Shown: piece after piece, positions 35,801-48,334 of the stretch | Position numbering within the stretch: position 1 is the stretch's first letter | Layout: each line of letters starts with the position of its first letter | Origin: Raillietiella orientalis | Lineage: Eukaryota | Assembly (NCBI GenBank): GCA_036172245.1 | Contig: JAYWIR010000021.1 | Span: forward strand, 1,984,001 to 2,048,000 | Length of the DNA: 64,000 bases | Reading direction: 5' to 3' | Translations under genes and position numbers: made by a program | Notes under the pieces: generated by a model | What the model saw: the letters and a program-made list of their open reading frames with translations, nothing else | Told to the model about the DNA's origin: nothing | Database searches by the model: none

Positions 35801-38800
35801 TGCCGACTCGGCTTGCGCGCGCTGAAAGGGTGCGCGACCTGAGCACCGGGTCGCGCCCAAACGACGGTTGCTCTCCTGTCTAATTGCTGTCGACACCTAA
35901 TTACTGAATGAGGATGAAGAACACCCGGCAAATGAATCACTAAATAAGATGGAAGAGGGTGATAAGAGGGTAATCATTTTTTTTTTTTTTCTTTTTTTTT
36001 TAAAAGCATGCAGACATTCAGAGCTTCCGGATTGCCGCTGGCCATCTTCCCATTAAAAGGTGACAGCGAGAAAAAGAATGAGCTGAAACGAAGAAGGTGA
36101 TGAGATTCGAACAGACAGAAAAGTCAGCGATCGAAACCACCGACGAAGGAGTTGCTTCAGCTGATGACACGCGTGTTTCCGTGCGTACACAACGGGATCC
36201 GAGCGTTTCCGCTCGGCATTCGAGCCGATCGTGTTTCGGAAAACCCTGAGCCCAAGGTTTCCCTCCCATTCCGAAACAGAAGACGAAGATTCGGGGAAAG
36301 CAGCCTGGAATCCCTTCCACGGACCGGGATCCTGGATTCGCGTACCAGTGAGAAGGCAACGGGTTCGTTTAGGAGAGCAATCACGCTGCCACGGATCACA
36401 CACACACACACGTGCTGCACACGCGAGGGATCGCGGGATTGATCCCATCGGCTGAGGAACAAGAGATCCCAGCCTCCCAAGTGCCCTCGGCCCTGCTCTA
36501 CCGACATTCAGCCCTACAGCTGAGGACTCCACCAGAAAGCGGATCCTGAAGCACGAAACACAGTCTTCGGCGATTCCACGCTACGAATACAGTGAGCTCC
36601 AGAGCCATACATGCAGCAGCTTCCTGTTACGACCCCTACAGAGGTGACCGAAAGCGATGGAGATTTACCAGCTAGTAGGAGAAAAGACCCGGAAAAGATG
36701 GGAAAAGACGCCGAAGCGAAGCGCTTCCGCGCATCTCACTGATGCTTTCGATCACTCGGAGCAGAAGATTTCGTAAAGAGAAAAACCTTGGAGGTTTACA
36801 AATAAATCCGCAAGGGGAGGAAAAACCTTAAATACAAAAGTCGTTGGGATGAATTCTTGATGAGATCGGCATCTCCGTTTACCGTATGCAAGTTAATTCA
36901 CACGCAGATTATCGACTAACTGGTCCACATCTCTTGCATCATCATTAGATTGCAAAACAGAACCTCTGAAAGCCTCATGTATAGACATAGATACAGATAT
37001 AGATAGAAAACTGGACATAGATACAGATTCATATATATTGATATAGATATATGGATACAGATATGTAGATAGAGATGGATAGAGAGACAGACAGATAGGC
37101 ACAGATAGAGACAGAGATATATGGATACAGAGAGAACTATTTCCAAAATCCTTACTTTCTTGGGTTTCTGCTGGACCACAGAAGTGGCTTCGGAGTCCTC
37201 AGTTGGCAAATCGGTGGCTTCTGGGTCGATGCTGACTTTTCTCTTAATTTGTGAGACGGAATGTTTGATGCGGAATACTTCCAGCTCCTTGGCGATCAGC
37301 TGTTTTACTACATAGGAGACACCAGATCTGGACTGCTTGCAGCCAGGGAACGTGACGATTTCCTCAGCATCGCTGAAGCAAGGAACACGTAAGACGTGCC
37401 AGGGAAGAGGGGCAAGGATGCGCGGTCATCGAGACCGCAATGCAAACTTCAGTTCAGACGAAATTGCAATGTGCCACCGGGAGCTGTTTACAAGTTGAAA
37501 GAAGAGGACTCGTAATTTGAAACACAGCGTTAGCAATGCGTTTGTGCCTTGGTGACGGCCCCACAGAGAGTACGCACGGAAGCTATTTTTTTTTTTACGC
37601 TGCCATGGCCACGAACGGTTACTTTGAGCTTTGCTGACCAACACGCCGATTTTTCGGCTGAGACCGAAAAAGCCCTCGAGGAAAGAACGGACTTGCCGCG
37701 CGCTAGGAGAGCACGGAAAGGAGCACCACCAGAAGCAGAAGGAAAGCTGTAGAGAAAAGGGACCTGGGAACGCTGGCCGTATGCGTGTTCCCCGTTTCGG
37801 GGGAAAAAAGTCGACTTCGAGAGCCGGGATCTGCTTCACTCCCCCTTGCCAGCCACGCCCTTATCCGTGCGCGTCCTCCCCGGTTCCGAACGGTAGGTGC
37901 GACTTCTGCAGAACGGAACCTCAGCGCAGCACAACGTACATTCACATGGAGGAACTCCCGGCAAAGAAGGAGTCGCGACTTCTCCACTTGATCTGCAGAG
38001 TTTGCTGCACAGTAAGGACATTTAGGAGGACACATGTTGAACCTGAACAGCTGTTTTCTAGGTAAACCGATAAGGGAACAATAATTAGCTGCTACAGATG
38101 TGGGGACCGCTTAAGATTTTTAATTATTATTGCGAAACTCATTACACTTTGCAACAAATTAAGTGTTTCAGTGACTTGTTGTTGTTGTTGATCTGCAGAA
38201 CGTACAAAAAGTGACAGAGGGGTTCAGAAAGAAAGAAGCGGATCTGGGAAGCCTCGGGGGACTCCCAGGACCAATTGGTTGTGACCGTGGTGGCCTGTCG
38301 TACAGGGTGGTTCCAAAACGCCAGATTCCAAAAACCTTCTCCTGGGGCGACGGAAACGGGCGGAAAAGCGGGGGAGGTTCCCCTGCTCGGAACACTTCGG
38401 TCAGGAGAGCGAACGGTGCTGCCCCTCCCCTCCCCCAGAAACACCAACAGAGCAGCAGACACTCTGACCGGAAGACGGAACTCAACACGCACCAGAAGTC
38501 CAAAATGGGGCGACGCAAAAACTAATGGGGGAAACAGCGCGGAGATCTGAACCGAAGCTCTTTCTTTCCAGCCAAAGAATGTCGCTCGATGCTTCTGACC
38601 CTGTCGCTTCCTGGTTATGAAGATCGAAGTCATGCGAACCCTAAGACGTGGATTACGGAGGAACAGACTCTGTAGAACCAGGAGACTGGCACAAAGCCTT
38701 TAAAAAACACACACACACACACATATATCGACCGTGTTTCACGTATAGATATCGTTGACACGTAGATACATCTGGCACGTGTACGCAGGTTTCGATGTTG

Positions 38801-41800
38801 TATTCACGGTGCATGAAAACGGACTGCTTTCCGAGTAAACACCGCAACTGCAAATCATTCACTCAAAGAGAACAACGGTTTTGAATTTATGCTTGAAGCA
38901 TGAGATGGCTGCTCCGTATCACCGGAAGACACGCAGGTGCCGCCACTTTCGGGGTGGCGAGAAATGGAAGCGCTTTGATTCAGATGCATTCCGGGAAAGG
39001 AAAAAACAAAAAGAAGGACGAATTTCCGGTAAACTTGATCAAAAGCGTGGTAACTGCCAAGAAGAGGGCCGCAAGGACCAAAAACTACGGGAAAGAAGCA
39101 ACCCAACGAACGCTGGTCCGCTTCCCTCTGGAGGAGCTGACGATTCACGAAATGCTTTCCTGACGCTTTGCGTAATGACCTGCACAGAAGACGTAGCATC
39201 TCTGACTACCTCAAATGGAGGAGGAGTTTACCTTCCAAGAATCACGCATACCGGCAGTAACCCAAAGTGTTGAGCAGCCCTTAAGACACGGGAACCATCG
39301 GGTCCTTCAAAATCAGCAACGGAACCGAACGGAACAGCAAGTCGCAAGCTTGGAAGAAGCCTCCTTGGAACCCGAGTGCTTTCTCGTTCAACAACCAAAA
39401 ACCGAGGTCTCACGAGTACGCCTTCAGCGTGCAGACCGGGAAACTTCGCGATGAACATCACATCCAAGTACGTTCTGATGGGCACGGCGGTCGCGGACTT
39501 CAAGAAATGCCAATGCTTTGGGGGGAAAAAAACACACACACACACAAAAAAAAAGGGGGGACAACTCGAGTGGAGGCAAAAATCGAGACCGCTCCCTCAA
39601 ACAGGAGCGTCTGAGAAACCGTGAGGGCGTGAAAGCGGATTGGACAGAAAACGGGAGGGGCCCGAGAAAACGATCAAGTCAGACGACGAACGCCTTTTTA
39701 ACAACTTTGAATGGAGACATCTCGCTTGGAATTTACGAGCCATGCTTGAAACTGATCAAAGATGAAATCGACCCAAACGAATTCCCCCCCCCCCCTTCAC
39801 TTAAATATTTTCTTCTGATCCCCCCTGAGAACAAAACTTCCTTCTGATTCGAGCACAAAAGCCTTCAACACATTTTAAGGAGCCACCGTGGTTACTGCAA
39901 GCTCAGCACGTACGTTCGCAGAAAGATTTTTTCTTTCTTTCTAATGAATCGACAAAAATGAATCAGCAGACGGGTAAAAAAAAAAAAAAAAAAAAGAAAC
40001 AGCACAGTTGTTCAGAAGGGGACATAACTTGCGGAACTTCTTCAGTATTCAAAATAGGGCACACGATAGGTAGCTAGGCGCACTCCGACCAGGACGAACC
40101 TGCCATCTGCCAACGGGACAACATTTCATCTCCCCTATGGAAGCCAGGAATTTACTTGACCACCTGATCCACGGGCTCCGAGTGGCAAGGAACACACGCC
40201 GTTATGGTCAGCCTTGCAGCCTGTGGGCCAACGGCAACCACCGGCACAAGATCGTTTGAGATAGAGATCTGAAAAGTGGCTCAGTGCTGCGATGAGGTAC
40301 AGACGAGGGAGCCGCGCAACCTACAATTAGGGAACAGCAAAAGCGTCGGCTTCAAGCATTCAGAAAGTGCAGAGGCATAACGAACGAAGGCCAATGCTTT
40401 TTTCCCTTTGGTCTCGCGTTTCATAGCAACCCTCAAAGAAAGGAAAGGAAGAACCCATCTCTTCGGGAATCAAACGATCGCACGTTTTCTTTGACCACAG
40501 TTAGAACACCACCGTTGTTCTCACCGTGCAAACGTTGAAATGTTCCCTTCAAACAAAAACTGGGAACTTCATCCACTGCACCTACATTGATGATTTAAAT
40601 TACATAACTGCCTGCCGAAGGCAGGCTTTCGTTTTCACCAGAGTGTAACTTCGGGGTTGACAAGTTGACGATCATTACGCAGTCCTCGAGGTGAGGCGGT
40701 CGCGAACTGATAAAGACGGTGTCAAAATTGAGCGATTCCGATTTTACTTGATTAGAAGAAGATAATTATAGGCAAGGTGAACAGTGAAGGTCGATGAGAC
40801 CGTAATGTCTTTGGCTACTCGATGTGCTACGAACACGAATGGGGAAGCATCCAGTGAAAGAAAATGAAGCTATCTGTGCAGTGGTTGCCACTGCTGTGTT
40901 TGCTCAGCGTCAAAAATTCGCAGCAGTCCAACAGCGAGACGACGAAGACCACAGTGCGACCACACGCCCCTTGCGTTGGCTTTCCGAACAAGGTAAGTGG
41001 TGGTGGTGGTGGTGGTGGTGGTGCCACGACACACATTATGCGTCCCGAAGCACGAGACCCGCGCCATGAAAATCCCCTGGGGGGGGGGGGATGCTTCCCT
41101 CTCTCTCACGATTCGTGCGCGAGCGACTTTCGGCGGAACTCCCCCCCCCCCCCCGGTACGAAGACCGACCACGCTCGGACTCATGCGTGGTGAACGAAGG
41201 ACAAAGACGTGTTTCGAAATTGCGCGTGTCCGCAACCAATAGAGAAAAACCGGAACGAAACAGTCATATAATTTTGTGCGCGGGAACAATAATTCAGTGC
41301 TTTTAACTGCCACCTCGACTTCATATGATAAGAGCTGAAGTGTCCACACGAGTACCAACACCATGAATTTATAAATTTTTCAGGATTTCGATTTCGAATG
41401 CAACCGGGTGTCCAGTTCGGTGGGTTTACCTCCACGTCACTGGAAACACGCTGTCCACGTGTCTCCCTCGGTTCGACTTGAAAAGCTCACCATCTTCAGC
41501 ATTCGCAACACGCGATCTCCCAAATTCCCGCAATGGAAGCTGTCGACACCACGAAATCGAAAGATTCCCGCGCCTGCCGTGCTCCTAAGCCACCATCAGT
41601 TCACTGCGACGCACAGCCTAAAAAACTCGACGGGCATGGGGAAGCGGAAGCTGCGCTCGAGGAGGACCCACGCGTGCTTCTCCATGGAACCCGCGAACCA
41701 CGAGCAAAAGCCAAGCAGCAGGAACTCGCGTCCCGAATGCAAGAAGTTTGTGGACGTGGCTTTTGCAAGAGGAACCACGCGCGCCAGGAGAGCCGCGCAG

Positions 41801-44800
41801 GGGACTGCAGCGCGCAGCGGGAAAGCGACGAGGCTCGCAAGAAGGGAGAGAGTGTGGGATGAGATTGCCGGAGGGTGCATCCGCGTGTGCGAACTCAAGA
41901 GCGCGCACTCTGAGAAACGCCCGGCCAAAGCAAATGCCCGGCAGCAGACTGCTCCAAGTCGTCTTCTGCTAGACGAAAGGTCGACGGCAGCCGCCAACAC
42001 AGTTCGAGGAACGCGAAAATCCTGGTCCCTCTTCGTGGTGCTGAAGTCTTACAGTTCTTTGAAAAGGCGGCCGGCGCGGAAACCCTTCCTCCACGTGTGC
42101 GCGTTGGAACGGTGTCCGCGCAACGCGGGAGACCGCGGTAAGAAGACGAAGGCGCTGCCGTCAGAAATAAACGCACGGAACATGCGGCACATCCTTCTGG
42201 TCCTGCGCTTCCTAATGAGATGCTCGCCTCGGGCGAAGAGGAAAAGATGCGAGACGGTTCTTCCCTCCGCAATGAAGAACAGCAGCAGCCAAACGGAAAG
42301 TCGCAGCACGCTGAAAGAGGACCCCGGAGCGACACCGAGGAGGGGCTCCGCAGTAAACACGTGCGACAGGACTTGCTGGTTCCTTGCCGATCGGCAGGTC
42401 GGTTTGACGCCACCGACGGCTAAGACACTCCCGGATAAGGGAGCTGCGACGAAGGCCGACTCTCCTGCGGGAGCGACAGCGCACGACGGCTCGACAAAGA
42501 GGAAAGTCTTCCGAAGAGCAACCGTAAACTCGTCGGCGTCTGACGCAAGAAGACGCAGCAGCCGAGGAGCAGGATTTTCGCTTCGCGGCTCCGTAGCAGG
42601 CGAAGCATCAAGTGTCACCAGCAGGGCCCCGCCACCAATTACGGGGAGCAGAGAGGCCTCTGCGTACTGCTCGAACAGATTTTCGCAACAGATACCTATT
42701 ACGGGACTCGATAGGAACTCCTACGACACAAACACCCTTTCGTCCCCCGATAATTACTCCAAAGGCATTAGTCAAGGAGTCCCCAGGAAATTACCAGGCC
42801 TTGGAAGTCGCATTCAAGACCCCAATGATCGATTTTGGAGCTCTAGAACTCCGAACAGCTGCCATCCATTTTGTAGATGCGTAGAGGATGCTATAATATG
42901 CCACTGTTCCATTAACCAGGTAACGTGAGTGACTGTTATCGGGGAATCGCATGATGCATGAATTAAGATGCTCTAAAGTTTACACGTACAGTTGAAAGCT
43001 GCGATGAGTCGAAGTGCCTAAAGCATCACAAGAAAGAATGCGTGATGCACACTGCTGATGCTGCGCGAGTGGAAAAGAGAAAAAAGAAAAAAAGAGGAGC
43101 ACATGCTGAAGAGCAAACACATTCCAGCGCTCGCTGTTGGAGCAGCCACGCGTTCCTTTCGCGCACACATTCGGGCAGTTCGAGAAGAAGGGAATTCGTT
43201 CGCGCCGAAACGAAATTGTGCACGACACGTGTGCACGACACGAGAGCTGGCACACTCGGCTCCCGGTGACAAAAACACTGGCAATCTCCTAAGAGTGCAC
43301 CGCAGGATCGAAAACCCTTCTCGTCGACGCTGCGATCTGCCTTCTCCTACAAGGAAAATGGGCAAGGAAATGCGCCTTGCCCATTTTCCCGATGCCCACG
43401 TTTTTCTGTGCTGCGAAATAATTTTAGGGACCTCAAGCGTATCCGAAAAAAGTAAATAAGGACACGGAATGCGTTCATGCACTCAAAACGATGACCACGC
43501 GCCACGAGGAGTCAAGAGTAACTCGACCACGAAACTTGACCACAAACCTGGGAAGCGTACCAATTCGTGCAGGATCGAAACCGTTTCCCGGCACCTAATA
43601 GTGTTCGCTCGAAAACGAGAGTGCCGCGTGCTTTTGCACCTGAGCGAAGAGCGACGTCTTTCAAGATTGGAATGCAGATGCAGGAACACGGATCTCTGAC
43701 TGAGAGAGCTGCGGACTGACCTGATCCATCAGGAGTCGGCACAACGACCACACCCCTGCACCTGGGAGTAACCTCGTTTCAACCACAGACCAAGAACAGA
43801 AAAGAAAGGAGCGCTTCTCGAAAAGCGCTCATGACCTATCGTCGTACCCTCTTTCTGGAAGAAGAGTCCCAGAGGCTGCTGAAATTTCCGTTTCAACGAC
43901 CTGCTGATTACAAAAGTCCGAGCCGAGAGAGACTTCAGATTGTCGAATTTTGCAGAAAGAGCTCAATTTATGCTGAATGTTCGAATACTGAAATTTATAC
44001 TGAACGTCGCCTTCTGTTGAATGCTTTCGGTTTCGATGCGTGAAAATTCACCACAAACACTTTTCAAGGAAGAAGATGAAAACAAGAGAAGGAAAACACC
44101 CGATGGTTTACAGTCCCATGCCCAAAGGCGTTGAGACAATTTCCCTGGAGTAGATGGTTCGGTAGATACTTAGTTGTTTTTCTTTAAAGTGAGCTCTTCT
44201 TGCACCGAGAATGCTTCCACCGCCAGAAGCACCAATCTTCCGAAAATAATCACCAGCTGCCTTGTCTCAGTCAGTTACAGAGACAGTTATATATAAAATT
44301 ACGCCTAATTAGTTTCCCTTTCCGAAAAGTCTTATGCAATTTCGGCGAATTCACAATCTGCAAGTAATCGGTGACCTACCCTTACTGCTCTATCCTTGGT
44401 CGGTGACCCTACATGTCTGTGCACACACTTTGTTGGACTGCGACGCTGCCGAGGTCTTCTGTTCTTTATGGATCCGCGCGATGTGATTTTCGATTCGAAT
44501 CTTCCGGGTTTGTGGTCGATGCGAAATTCGCTTAAAACGGGGGCTCCCAATGAGGAATCTCGGAGGAAGAACTTCAACAGCGGGAGGAAGCGCAGACGTC
44601 GGACCACGTGCTGCGCAGCGGCTTCCGAGGTGGTGACTTGGCGTGCAACAACATTACGACACTGCACTCGAAATGCCGGCAGGGTGACTCACTGATGTCG
44701 TACAGCCTGCGGCATGTGATGGAATGAAAGCTGCTGGGGAAAAAACGGATCAAGACAGAAGAAGCCGCGCACACGGTAAACCGCCCATGAAATGAGGATG

Positions 44801-47800
44801 AAATGGAATCGGATCCGATGCTTAATATGTCTGATGCGGGACCATTAGCAGACTTGAAACACAATCCGGACCGTTACCTCGAAGCTGGGAAGATGCTACT
44901 TGTGTTCTGTGCTCGGAAACGAATGCTTGGTGAATTCTTTCGAGAAAGCGTCTCTACATCGCTGCCTTACAATGTCCAAGATGCTGGAGAAAAGATGCAA
45001 AGCTATACTGACTCAGGAATGCCCTCGACCGAAAAAAAAATAAGTTTAACTGGTCTTTGGCTCATCAACAAATTGAAGAGCCACGGAGAAACAGAATCCA
45101 CAAAAATGCAAATGAGCTGAAAGCAAAAATGCAGCCGCCAGGACTGAAATGACGATTGCGAAGCGCCTCTGAGAAACGGCCAAAGTATTCGAGCACAAAT
45201 GAAGGAATACGAGAGCACGGAGGAGATACCACAATTCAACACGTACGCTAATTAAGCAGAGGTCCAAAGATGCAACATGGGAAGGAGGAATGGATTAAGG
45301 GGAAACGCGAATCCTCAAACGCGGTCTCTGGGTGTCGAAACTTGGCAGGGCAGAAGAAAAAAAACAAAGCACTCCTTTCGGATGCACAGACAGCAATAAG
45401 AAACTGGAACAACCCGTGAAAAGTGAAAAAGACGCGGAAAAAAAAGATCGATTTGCAAGTCCCAGAGCCCCCCCCCCCCCACACACACACACACACAAAC
45501 ACACACACAATTGCAGAAAGACATGAAAAACAAAATGGAAAGAGTCGCAAGTGGACAACTACTGGCTTGGGTTCCAGCCCTGAATGAGTCCCCTAAACGG
45601 ACACTGCACTTTGAATTGTGTGCTGGAGTTTAAGAATGTTTTAGACAGCCAGGGCTAATATTAAGGAAACGGAGGAGAACAGCGAAGAAGCGAGTGTGAA
45701 TGGCTCTCCGTGGCTCCTCAGGATGGTATTTCGTCTGCTTTCCTCGGAGGCGACGCAGCAAGAGGAAGAAAAAAAAAAAAACCGGAAAAACCACATCGAC
45801 AGGAAACCTCGTGGTCCACTCCTTCTCAAGTGACCCAAGACCGAAACAGAAACCACAAAGCGAGCATCTCTGGCGAGAACGGGCGTGTGAGAAAAACCGA
45901 GGAGTGTTCGAACAGCCAACGTAATCATATGCAAAATATGCAAACTAGGTCCGGGTATCCGCTGGAGCTCCTTAATTGCCTTTGTAGTTCGAGGAAAGAC
46001 ACTTCGATCTTCGATTGATACGAAGGCACACATCGGCATCTCTTCATCCACTTTACTCGAGCGGAAGAGCAGAGTACCTGGCTGCAGCAGAGTGCGCGGG
46101 GTGAATGGCAAGTTCTCTCTCCACGTTCGGAAAACGAAGTTTCGATTTCGACAAATGCAGAGCGAATTTCCAATCGTGAGGACGCAGCAAGAGGAGCATC
46201 GACATCAAGGGTTAAGGAGCCACGTTAATTCCGGACGCGAAGGCCCCCCCCGCTACAGGAGCGCTCGCTTCAATGGCTATGTGCGTTATTTTGTTCTGAA
46301 CTCGGAACCACCTGGTGGCGTACAATCGAACGGAGTCTCCAAAGCAGATTCGACAAGTACAGAAATTAGAACGGCGACTTCTTGGCAGGAATTTCAAGAA
46401 TCAGCTTCCTGGGACACCCGCAAAACGAGGAAGAGACGGGAGGGGGACGGGAAGAAAATGGGGGGGGGGGGGGTGAACCTTGCCAAAAGCGGAGTCCACT
46501 TTCGCGAATAAAGAAAATCACACCGGACAGGAACGAACGGACTATCGTGGATACCCATCGTGGGCAAAAGTGCGGTGCCCGGAAGCCGGCGTCCAGAGGT
46601 CAACACTGCCCCCTGCCGTCTACGAGCTAGCGCAAAAAAACACATCTGTTTAGGAAGGAGACGATTTTCCTTCCGGGTGCACGAAACTCGGGGCATCAAC
46701 GAAATACAGTCTGTGTGTGTGTGTGTGGGGGGGGTGCAGACTGGACAAGATCTGAACTTTCATTCAACCGCGTAAACAAAACAGCATAGCGGGACACCGC
46801 AATGACTGTTTTCCTTCCTCCCTCAGGAATGGAAAATCACAAATATGTTGCTGCGACCCTCCACGAGGTACCTGAAGATATCGAACTGTTCCAAGCTGGA
46901 GGGCGACGTCATGTTGAAAGCGTTCCCCAACTTGCAAACCATCGTCTTCGAAAAAATAGGGAACCTGCTTTTGTCCGGATTCTTCGCGCGCAGCAAAATT
47001 AACATCCAGAAGCTGTCGTTTCTGGACTGCCGCGCGGTTTCGCTGCCCCGAGGCTGCTTCGCGCACCTGAGGCGCATTGGGACCATAGAGTTCAACAGGA
47101 CCTCCGTCCGTTCCATAGACTCCGGAGCCTTCCGCATACAGTACATAAATCGCTTTACAATCGCGGAGTCTGTGATCGGCCTGATCCAATACCAAGCCTT
47201 GGATTTCGACCACATGGAAGCATTCGACGTCGTGAACTCTTCGCTGGAGTTCGAGAACCGCGCTCTGCGCATCACCAAGGCCGACCGATTCTCGCTGAAG
47301 AAGTCTTTCGTGCTGAAAGGATTTCCGAAGGAGGCCGTGCGAATTAACATCGTGAACAGATTCACGCTGGACAGGAATTCACTGGGAACAACGGAAAGAT
47401 ATGCCTTCAGCTTCGAGAGATCGAACGTCGTCGTCATCGTCCGAAACTCCTTCGAGGGACTGCTCAAAGATGACGCATTCGGCCTGCTCAGCGCCCACAG
47501 GCTGATATTCGTGGGGAATTCGATAAGAGAGGCCGAGCCCCACTCCCTACATTTCCACGCCTTACACACGGTCATCAACGAAAACAGACTGACAACGGGA
47601 AGGACACCGCCCAAAAAGCTCTTATTCCATAAATGAAAACTCACGGTTCTAGCACGTAGTCATATCTTCCTCCCTGGAGCCTTTGCTGACAATACATCAA
47701 ATTGAAATCGGTCATCAACATGATTATTTTTTGCAGCGCTTCTTTCTCTCTGATGCTATACAACTGGAAGTTGATCTGGCAGTGGGACAACGTGATAAAA

Positions 47801-48300
47801 AAAAAAAAGGCAAAGTTCCCGAGAACCTACAGGTCGCAATGGCGGCCTCAGGATTTCCACGAACAACGGCAAGACATCGAGAATCAGTAAATCGGTGGTC
47901 AATTGGTCCTGCATGCGCGCAGACGTTCCTTTCAAGATGTCTGTGACCAGACCGTGTATCTTCTTCTTCTTACTGAGCATCTGGGGAAGCAAGGCTTAGG
48001 AATGACGCTCGGGAGATCACAGCGATGAAAGTATTACTTCGTAGTAAGGACTTGGAAACTGCAAAACTATGGGCGAGCTGCAGGCCAGAAGAAGGTGCAC
48101 GTTGACGCAAGCAAACGGAAGATACGGCAACAGGGAGTACACCTGACGCTGCTGCATTTCTTCTTGCAGGACATCGCAAATCCCAAACCAATCCAACGAG
48201 AGTAAAATCTATGAATAAAGGACATTCCTGCTTTGGAGGGTATTAAGGAAAGAGGCGAACGAAAGAAACGCATCAATGATACGTAAAACGTGATATTTTG

Positions 48301-48334
<34 letters not shown>

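Noticed and set aside
36893..36975. Alternative CHTF18 terminal exon after the ATAG repeat
   Set aside because: The best acceptor gives an immediate stop, and the conserved C-terminal motif is found at 32826-32938
46823..47644. 273-aa minus-strand ORF
   Set aside because: Antisense shadow of the LRR exon; it begins at the CHTF18 splice donor GT and has no protein-family features
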